Origin: an uncultured Gammaproteobacteria bacterium
GTDB lineage: Bacteria; Patescibacteriota; Patescibacteriia; Magasanikbacterales; GWA2-37-8
Length of the DNA stretch: 64,000 nucleotides
NCBI GenBank assembly: GCA_964634875.1
Contig: CAZWKA010000007.1
Location: 1,649-65,648 of the forward strand
Direction: 5' to 3'
This document shows positions 57,483 through 64,000 of this stretch, piece by piece. Below the pieces are notes generated by a model. That model was not told where the DNA came from. It worked only from the letters and a program-made list of their open reading frames with translations, and did not search any database. A program made the position numbers and the translations under genes. Position 1 is the stretch's first letter. Each line of letters starts with the position of its first letter.

Positions 57483-59438
57483 ATGAAGTTCGGCACTTTT
57501 TTTACGTGGTTTAAAAAACAAACCCGCAGCATCTTGCCCAAGTCGAAACTTGACCACAAGCTTATCGGCTCAATCAATGCGCGGACAATCCCGAGCCTTA
57601 CCCAGCTTAAGTACGTCGGCCATTTTCTGGCACCACAAGAAAAAAAGATGCTAGGTATCCTGGGAACTGTCGTAGCTGTTGCGACATTGGCCCTGGGTGG
57701 TGTTTTTGTTGTCACTCACTTCACGGCTGTAGCTAAAGAAGGCGGTGACTACAGCGAAGCAATGGTCGGACAACCTAAATTTATCAACCCGATCTACGCA
57801 AGCGTCAGCGATATTGACAGCGACCTGAGCTTTTTAACCTATACCGGACTTTTCCGCTATACTAACGGCCACGAACTTACCCCTGATCTGGCCGAAAAAT
57901 ACACCCTCAGCGACGATAAAAAATCCTATACCGTCACCCTTAAACCTAACATCGTTTGGTCCGATGGAGAGCCGCTCAAGGCCGACGATATCATCTTTAC
58001 ATTTGAGACGATCCAAAACCCCGAATCAAGCAGCCCCCTCTTACCTGCTTTCCAAGGAGTAATCATTGAAAAAATAGATGAGTCAACTATCCGCTTCACC
58101 CTCAAAGAACCCTTTGCACCGTTTCTCAACAGCTTAACCGTAGGCATCATACCCGAACATATTTGGAGCGGGATTCCACCGCTTAATCTGAAGCTTGCTC
58201 CGACCAACCTCAAACCTGTGGGTACTGGCCCGTGGAAATTTAGCAGGCTCATCAAAGACGATCTCGGCACGATCCAAAGTTACGTTCTCGTACCCAACGA
58301 CTTATACTACGGCCAAAAACCATACCTTAAGACCCTAACGTTTAAATTTTTTGTTGACCCAAACGAAGCGGTCGAGGCAGTGCAAAACCAGTCGGTTTCG
58401 GCTATTAGCTTTGTACCGAGCAAATCCAAAGACAAACTCAACAGCAAAAACTTGGTAAGCCACACGCTCATTCTACCCCAGTACACCGCCCTATTTTTCA
58501 ACCAAACCCAAAACGATAACCTAAAAGACAAGGATTTACGCCTCGCTCTCGCGACTGCGCTTGATAAACAACAAATCGTGGACACAGCGCTTGAAGGCGC
58601 AGGGCAAGCGATCGATTCGCCACTTTTGCCGGGGAGTATTGGGTACTACCCTGATATCAAAAAAATCGCTTTTAACGTTGATGCGGCCAACGCACTTCTC
58701 GACAAAAAATGGGCTCGAATACAGCCCGAAGAATACTTTAAGCTGCGCCAAACGGCTCTCCTCAAAAATAGCCAGGCTGAAATTGATGCTGTAATCAAAA
58801 ACCCGCCCGAAGGCGAAACAGCGTCGAGCAGCGTCGATAGAATCAACCAGGATATCGCCGACCAGGTTCGCAGCGAAATGAGTTCGGAGCAAACCTTTTA
58901 CCGTAAGACCAAAGATGGTGTGCCACTCCGGCTCAGCATTACTTTTGTTGATACTAAGGAATACCAAAAAAGCGCCCAGATGGTCGCCGCCGCCTGGAAG
59001 GCGATCGGCGTACAAACCGACCTCAACCAGGTCAGCAGTCGTCAGATCAGCAGAGATGTATTTAAAAACCGTTCCTACCAAATCCTACTGTACGGCGAAA
59101 TCATTGGCGGTGATCCCGACCTGTTCCCTTTCTGGCACTCCACGCAAAGCGATTATCCCGGTCTTAATTTGGCTCAGTTTTCCGACCGCACCGCCGATAA
59201 ACATCTGGAAGAAGCCCGCTCAGCGACTGACCCAGCTGCCCGCGAAGCTTTGTATAAAAAATTCCAAGACATTTTGGTCGACCAATTACCTGCTATTTTC
59301 TTGTTTACGCCTAATTACAATTTCTTTGTGAACGAAAATATTAAAGGTATTACTGTCGAACGTATTACTGCGCCCAGCGACCGGTATAACACTTTGAGCA
59401 ATTGGTATGTAAAAACAAGTTGGAAATGGAAAGAATAA
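57483..59438 (+). CDS. ABC transporter substrate-binding protein, family 5 (oligopeptide/nickel type), membrane-anchored
   Basis: N-terminal anchor helix. Length and sequence fit the SBP_bac_5 family. No permease or ATPase genes are adjacent. Confidence 0.7.
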   Translation: MKFGTFFTWFKKQTRSILPKSKLDHKLIGSINARTIPSLTQLKYVGHFLAPQEKKMLGILGTVVAVATLALGGVFVVTHFTAVAKEGGDYSEAMVGQPKFINPIYASVSDIDSDLSFLTYTGLFRYTNGHELTPDLAEKYTLSDDKKSYTVTLKPNIVWSDGEPLKADDIIFTFETIQNPESSSPLLPAFQGVIIEKIDESTIRFTLKEPFAPFLNSLTVGIIPEHIWSGIPPLNLKLAPTNLKPVGTGPWKFSRLIKDDLGTIQSYVLVPNDLYYGQKPYLKTLTFKFFVDPNEAVEAVQNQSVSAISFVPSKSKDKLNSKNLVSHTLILPQYTALFFNQTQNDNLKDKDLRLALATALDKQQIVDTALEGAGQAIDSPLLPGSIGYYPDIKKIAFNVDAANALLDKKWARIQPEEYFKLRQTALLKNSQAEIDAVIKNPPEGETASSSVDRINQDIADQVRSEMSSEQTFYRKTKDGVPLRLSITFVDTKEYQKSAQMVAAAWKAIGVQTDLNQVSSRQISRDVFKNRSYQILLYGEIIGGDPDLFPFWHSTQSDYPGLNLAQFSDRTADKHLEEARSATDPAAREALYKKFQDILVDQLPAIFLFTPNYNFFVNENIKGITVERITAPSDRYNTLSNWYVKTSWKWKE

Positions 59439-59451
59439 CGTTTACTTAAAA

Positions 59452-59533
59452 GCGGACGTGGCGGAACTGGTATACGCGTACGTCTCAGAAGCGTATGGAG
59501 CAATCCTTGAGGGTTCGAGTCCCTCCGTCCGCA
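59452..59533 (+). tRNA. tRNA-Leu (anticodon CAG), long variable arm
   Basis: Acceptor stem GCGGACG/CGTCCGC. Anticodon loop CTCAGAA flanked by TACGT/GCGTA. T-arm GAGGGTTCGAGTCCCTC. Discriminator A, no encoded CCA. Confidence 0.85.
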
Positions 59534-59560
59534 CAAACAAACAACCCCACCAATAATCCC

Positions 59561-59697
59561 GTCATTCCGACCGACCTGCCGCGGCGGGGAGCGGAGGAAC
59601 CCCTTAAAGCTTGTTTTACTTTTTTAGGTTTGTTTAAAAACAGACGCTAAGGGATTCCTCCGCTACACTCCTGTGTCGTCGTTCCGTTCGGAATGAC
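59561..59697. repeat. Divergent copy of the MITE-like palindromic family, immediately 3' of tRNA-Leu
   Basis: gtcattccgaccgacctgccgcggcggggagcggaggaacccc...gggattcctccgc...cgttcggaatgac. It shares gacctgccgcggcgggga with the ComEC copy. Confidence 0.6.
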
Positions 59698-59795
59698 AAC
59701 CAACTTTTTTAAACTCACATTTTTACTTATTTTATTTCTTTGAATTGTAGAATCTTCTTATTTTCTCATTTCAAGCTAACTCAACAAACTCTCGT

Positions 59796-61829
59796 ATGAA
59801 CCCAACACCGCTTGCCCCCCTCGCACCACTTGACCTGGGGAAACCATCGACCACACCACAGCTGCCTTTGCGCCGCCGTACTCCGAACACACCCTTTAGG
59901 GCTGCGCCTGTTTCGGCTCGTCAGCCAGCCGCACCCCTCGCTCGAGCGCCAATTGCTGCAGCTCCACTACAGCGCTTTCCCGCGCCTACAGAAAGCAAAT
60001 TAAAAACCACCACACCACATCTCGCTCACAAACCACTTCCGCACTCAGCGCACCAAACCGCCCGGCCACGCCGCGACAAAGGAACGGGCTTTACCCCATA
60101 CCAGGCCTACCCAGGAAAACCAACGGGCACCGCACCATTCAAGCCAGCCCCTACTCAGGCCGGTGGCGGCACGCTTCGGATTATTCCAATCGGCGGCTGT
60201 GAAGAAGTTGGACGCAACATGACCATCTACGAATATGGCGATGATATTATTATCCTCGACATGGGCGTGCAATTCCCGGAAGAAGACATGCCGGGTATTG
60301 ATTATGTCATCCCCAACACCAAATATTTAGTCGGCAAAGAAAAAAATATCCGTGGGGTTATTTTTAGCCACGGCCACCTCGATCATATTGGCGCCGCACC
60401 AATCCTGCTTGAAAAACTAGGCAACCCACCGATCATTGGCATGCCACTCACCCTTGCGATGATCAAACATCGCCAGGAAGATTACAAAAAAGATACCGGT
60501 GCCAAACTCCGTACGATCCCGGTCAAAACCATTAACGATGTCATCCAGCTCGGAGCTTTTAAAGTGAAATTTTTCCAGGTAGAGCATTCGATCATGGATT
60601 CGATGGGTACCATCCTCGAAACCCCGGCCGGAAGCGTCATGCATGCCGGAGACTGGACCATGGAGCGCCAAGAAGACGGCTCAACACATATCCACTACGA
60701 ACAGCTTCAAAACGTAAAAAAACCAAGCGTCCTCATGCTTGAGAGTCTTGGTTCTATTCGCGAAGGCCGCCACGCTACACACGAAGAACTCTACAGTAAC
60801 CTGACTGAAATTTTGGAAAACGCCCCAGGCCGGGTTATCTTGGCTACGTTTTCTTCCATGGTGGAACGCGTTAAATGGGTTCTGGAAGCTGCCCAAAAAC
60901 TGGGTAAATTTGTCGCCCTCGCTGGGTACAGCATGAAAATGAACATTGAGATCGCGCGCGAACTTGGCTATATCAAAGTAGGCAAGGGCGTCCAGATCGA
61001 CATGCGCGATATTGGTAAATACCCGGATAATAAAGTCGTACTAGTCTGTACAGGCGCACAAGGAGAAGAAAATGCTGCCCTCAACCGTATTGCCAGCGGC
61101 GAACATAAGGATATCCGTTTCCAAAAAAATGACACTGTAATCTTCTCGTCTTCCGTTATCCCGGGCAACGAGCGCACGGTTCAACGCCTCAAAGACAATA
61201 TCTACCGCCAGGTCGATAACGTCATTCATGGCGACCTGATGGACGTGCACGTCTCTGGACACGGCACTCGCCGCGATATCGTTGACATGTTAAACCAAGT
61301 CAAGCCTGATTTTTATATCCCGGTCTACGCCAACCACTTCTTTCTCAAAGAAGCCCGGAACCTGGCTGTCAAAAATGGCTACCCTGCTAACCGGATCTTT
61401 GTACCCGATAACGGTACGGTTATGGAATTATCCGGCGGCAAAATTACGGTCTTACCTAAAAAAGTACCGAGCGAATATGTGTTCGTGGACGGCCTCGGCG
61501 TTTCTGACTCGCAACATGTCGTACTGCGCGACCGCCAGGTCCTGGCTGAAGATGGCATGGTTGTGATCATCGCGACGGTTGATACCAAGAGCGGCAAGCT
61601 GATCCAGAATCCCGACATTATCTCTCGCGGGTTTGTCTTCCTCAAAGATCACAAAGAGTTAATCGAGGACTTACGCCACCGCGTCAAAAAGATGGTCGTT
61701 GAATCTGACCCGCTATCCTGGGCTGACACCAACAACATCCGCAACAAGATCCGCGACTATGTCGGTCAATTCCTCTTCACGAAAACCGAGAAGCGCCCGA
61801 TGATCTTACCAGTGGTGATTGAGGTATAG
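59796..61829 (+). CDS. rnj: Ribonuclease J with a roughly 125-aa Pro/Ala-rich N-terminal extension
   Basis: MBL motif HGHLDHIGA, the beta-CASP region and the C-terminal domain. The low-complexity N-terminus (PLAPLAPLDLGKPSTTPQLPLRRRTP...) is GC-richer than the rest. Confidence 0.85.
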   Translation: MNPTPLAPLAPLDLGKPSTTPQLPLRRRTPNTPFRAAPVSARQPAAPLARAPIAAAPLQRFPAPTESKLKTTTPHLAHKPLPHSAHQTARPRRDKGTGFTPYQAYPGKPTGTAPFKPAPTQAGGGTLRIIPIGGCEEVGRNMTIYEYGDDIIILDMGVQFPEEDMPGIDYVIPNTKYLVGKEKNIRGVIFSHGHLDHIGAAPILLEKLGNPPIIGMPLTLAMIKHRQEDYKKDTGAKLRTIPVKTINDVIQLGAFKVKFFQVEHSIMDSMGTILETPAGSVMHAGDWTMERQEDGSTHIHYEQLQNVKKPSVLMLESLGSIREGRHATHEELYSNLTEILENAPGRVILATFSSMVERVKWVLEAAQKLGKFVALAGYSMKMNIEIARELGYIKVGKGVQIDMRDIGKYPDNKVVLVCTGAQGEENAALNRIASGEHKDIRFQKNDTVIFSSSVIPGNERTVQRLKDNIYRQVDNVIHGDLMDVHVSGHGTRRDIVDMLNQVKPDFYIPVYANHFFLKEARNLAVKNGYPANRIFVPDNGTVMELSGGKITVLPKKVPSEYVFVDGLGVSDSQHVVLRDRQVLAEDGMVVIIATVDTKSGKLIQNPDIISRGFVFLKDHKELIEDLRHRVKKMVVESDPLSWADTNNIRNKIRDYVGQFLFTKTEKRPMILPVVIEV

Positions 61830-61847
61830 TACCACTTACGTCAATCG

Positions 61848-61889
61848 TCATTGCGAGCGAGGTCTGCCTGCCGGTAGGCAGGGAATCCC
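61848..61889. repeat. Partial MITE copy (left arm) after rnj
   Basis: gtcattgcgagcgaggtctgcctgccggtaggcagggaatccc. Confidence 0.5.
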
Positions 61890-62263
61890 TTGGCGTTTGA
61901 ATACCATTTTTTGACCAATCTATACGCACCCACAAAAAACTTGGCTCAGCTAGCCAAGTTTTTTTATTTTCTTCACCGCTACCCTTTACAAAACTGCACG
62001 TATGGGTTCTACTTACATAAGATGCCTACGCACCATCTAAAGCTCTTTATCCCCGCCCGAAAGGCATTGTTGACAGTTCAAAAGTATGCTATGCTTGGCG
62101 CATTGTGTTTAAGGGATAGCAGCACTACTCTTGACAAAAGGGCTGCAACGGGCTAGCCTTATCCAGTTGTTCTTTCAAATATGTCGGGTGTGATATCTGT
62201 AAACTATTTTATAAGTTTATAGACACCACGCCCGAACATATAACCTTAAAACGAGGAGGCTTC

Positions 62264-62629
62264 ATGATGAGCAAGTTGAACGGCCTGGAGCAGCCTTTTG
62301 TGGAGCTGCTCAAGCGGCTCGATGCCCGAAAGGCGGAAGGGTATGCGCCCGACCGTCGCTACGAGAGCGATGACTACGTCTTTCTGGCAGATGTTGCCGC
62401 ACACGACCCGGACGCTGTCACCAAGCTCGCTGATGACCTGCGCCAGGAGACCGGCAACAGGTTCCACGCTATCTACATGCTGGACCGCGTCCGGGAAGAG
62501 ATGGAGCTGGGAAGCCAGCCTCGACTGGCTCTCGAAGAGCAGATTCACCAGCTTCGGCTTGGCAGCGACCGCATGCGCTTCCGCATGGCATGCGATGGCC
62601 AGCTCCAGAAGAACGACGATGCGTCGTAG
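62264..62629 (+). CDS. Hypothetical 121-aa cytoplasmic protein. GC-rich foreign cassette.
   Basis: GAGGAGG 6 nt upstream. Followed by two hairpins. The overlapping ORFs 62246..62548 (-) and 62298..62774 (+) are artefacts. Confidence 0.5.
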   Translation: MMSKLNGLEQPFVELLKRLDARKAEGYAPDRRYESDDYVFLADVAAHDPDAVTKLADDLRQETGNRFHAIYMLDRVREEMELGSQPRLALEEQIHQLRLGSDRMRFRMACDGQLQKNDDAS

Positions 62630-62815
62630 TAGTTCCGTGAAACCCTACGCACGCGCACCAGACAACCCAGGAGAGGCGACTCACGGTATCGCCTCTCCCC
62701 CTTACCCCTCTATAACCAAAGACTTAGCAAGGTCTTTTTTTTGTTTAAAGCCAACTATTGACTTTTTTCGCTAAAAAATATATTATAGCGACGTTCAATT
62801 TGAACGAAAAACGAT

Positions 62816-62887
62816 GGCCCCATCGTCTATCGGTTAGGACATTGCCCTTTCAAGGCGAAAAGACGGGTTCGACTCCCGTTGGGGCTA
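62816..62887 (+). tRNA. tRNA-Glu (anticodon UUC)
   Basis: Acceptor GGCCCCA/TGGGGCT. Anticodon loop CTTTCAA with stem TTGCC/GGCGA. T-arm ACGGGTTCGACTCCCGT. Confidence 0.85.
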
Positions 62888-63001
62888 CGAATAAAAATGC
62901 CGCTTAAACAGCGGCATTTTTTGTTGTAACCAAATTGGAAATCGAACTCTCGTGACTTTAGGTCTATAGTATGGTATTTTCATACTACATATATTTTTCC
63001 T

Positions 63002-63637
63002 ATGGAAAGACAAAATCAAAATCGCGAAAATCCCTCCATGCTACTCGAGCCCTGGCGTGAAATACCTACTCACTTTGTGAGTGTTTATCACCATACCAAC
63101 AAGGAGGCTCTTGAACCTATCAGCAGACAAGGTCTTACTCATTTTGTTGATCAAATTTCTGTAGAACACATGACTGCGGAAGAAAAAACGAAGACGATAT
63201 TTAACAGTCTTTGCGATACTTTTGCGAAAAAGCTGGGGAAACCGTTTGAAAGAGGTAAGGCTGTTTTTGCTGCAGTTGATAATGATGAAGCTGGCACCTG
63301 GTCGCATTTTGGCGATGTTGTACTGGAAATTAAAACTGACCCAGGTACGACATTTGTCTATGACAAAGTCCTGCACACAGCAGCGAGTATCGCTTGGCAT
63401 AGAACACCAGATGGAGAGCATTGGCTTCACGACCGACCAGAACAACGAGCGGCATTTGATGAGTTACAAAAACAATACCCAGAAAGCTTTGAATTTTATC
63501 TTGAAAAGTATTTGAAAGGAAGGATGAGTTTGACTGAATATAATACGCTGCCTGCAGAAGAGAAATATAAACGAATCTCAAAACCAGAAGTCGCTCTACC
63601 ATCCCCTGTTGACCCAAAGTTTATTCGTACAGTTTAA
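63002..63637 (+). CDS. Hypothetical 211-aa protein (native low-GC composition)
   Basis: Clean ORF followed by a canonical terminator. No recognisable motifs. Confidence 0.5.
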   Translation: MERQNQNRENPSMLLEPWREIPTHFVSVYHHTNKEALEPISRQGLTHFVDQISVEHMTAEEKTKTIFNSLCDTFAKKLGKPFERGKAVFAAVDNDEAGTWSHFGDVVLEIKTDPGTTFVYDKVLHTAASIAWHRTPDGEHWLHDRPEQRAAFDELQKQYPESFEFYLEKYLKGRMSLTEYNTLPAEEKYKRISKPEVALPSPVDPKFIRTV

Positions 63638-63671
63638 AAGTTTGCAAACTGCTACGAGTAACCCTACACCG

Positions 63672-63702
63672 AAAAACTCCTCTAAAATAGAGGAGTTTTT
63701 TA
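63672..63702 (+). terminator. Rho-independent terminator
   Basis: aaaaactcctctaaaatagaggagtttttt. Confidence 0.6.
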
Positions 63703-63757
63703 TTAAATAATTAAACTACATTTTCTATCTCCAATCTGTATTTTCAGATGGTTCTCA

Positions 63758-63786
63758 TTGACAAATCAGCTTTTTTTTAGTATGTT
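63758..63786 (+). promoter_or_regulatory. Promoter-like TTGACA-N17-TATGTT (same -10 as at 23952)
   Basis: TTGACA at 63758, TATGTT at 63781. Confidence 0.3.
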
Positions 63787-63947
63787 TATTTGTTATTTCT
63801 TGTATCAAATTTCATACCTAAGCAAAATAATTTTTCGCTTAGGTATGAGCTTTGACAGCTCCACGGTTCGTTTACAACGAGTCACGCCACAGAAGCATGA
63901 CTCTACATTTTTGCGATCAATCCACCTACCCCTACCAGGAGGAAACA

Positions 63948-64000
63948 GTGTTGCCGACGACGAAGCAGACCAAACTTGAAGGCCCCCTCTATGACCCAGG
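63948..64000 (+). CDS. Start of another GC-rich cassette gene (partial; runs off the window)
   Basis: AGGAGG at 63937-63942 followed by GTG (63948) / TTG (63951). The downstream sequence is GC-rich and open to the window end. Confidence 0.3.
   Translation, partial: MLPTTKQTKLEGPLYDP

Overview
This 64 kb window is a low-GC segment of a bacterial chromosome (low-40s % GC by eye). Most native genes sit on the minus strand up to about 48.8 kb and on the plus strand from about 52.1 kb. Native genes show essentially no Shine-Dalgarno (SD) motif upstream of their starts.

Recognisable native content:
- Housekeeping genes: ksgA/rsmA, tsaC, prfB, groES-groEL (with a CIRCE operator), yidC, nusA, leuS, mutM, trxA, infB, rny, hup, secG, rnj, comFC, a truncated ComEC, an L,D-transpeptidase, a spermidine-synthase-like membrane protein, an oligopeptide-type substrate-binding protein, tRNA-Leu(CAG) and tRNA-Glu(UUC).
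- A roughly 19 kb Gram-positive-type type-IV-secretion-like locus with no relaxase or coupling protein in the window. It contains a PrgI-like protein, a VirB4 ATPase plus a separate VirB4 N-terminal-domain protein, a VirB6/TrbL-like polytopic protein, and a 2645-aa cysteine-rich secreted giant protein.

Superimposed on this are at least 14 short GC-rich cassettes (roughly 58-68% GC by eye). Each carries its own canonical AGGAGG-type ribosome-binding site, and most carry a hairpin terminator. They encode mainly small cysteine-rich lipoproteins or secreted proteins, a lone FabH-like ketosynthase and a few cytoplasmic hypotheticals. One of them contains Myxococcus-type cysteine-rich repeats.

Other unusual features:
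- LeuS is 1169 aa and carries embedded Nudix and HAD hydrolase modules.
- A palindromic MITE-like repeat family ('GTCATTGCGAG...CTCGCAATGAC') has six copies, three of them in-frame inside ComEC and LeuS.
- A second, roughly 85-nt palindromic element recurs four times at intra-operon gene junctions.
- No rRNA or CRISPR array was seen.
- All GC values are eyeball estimates; no computation was possible.
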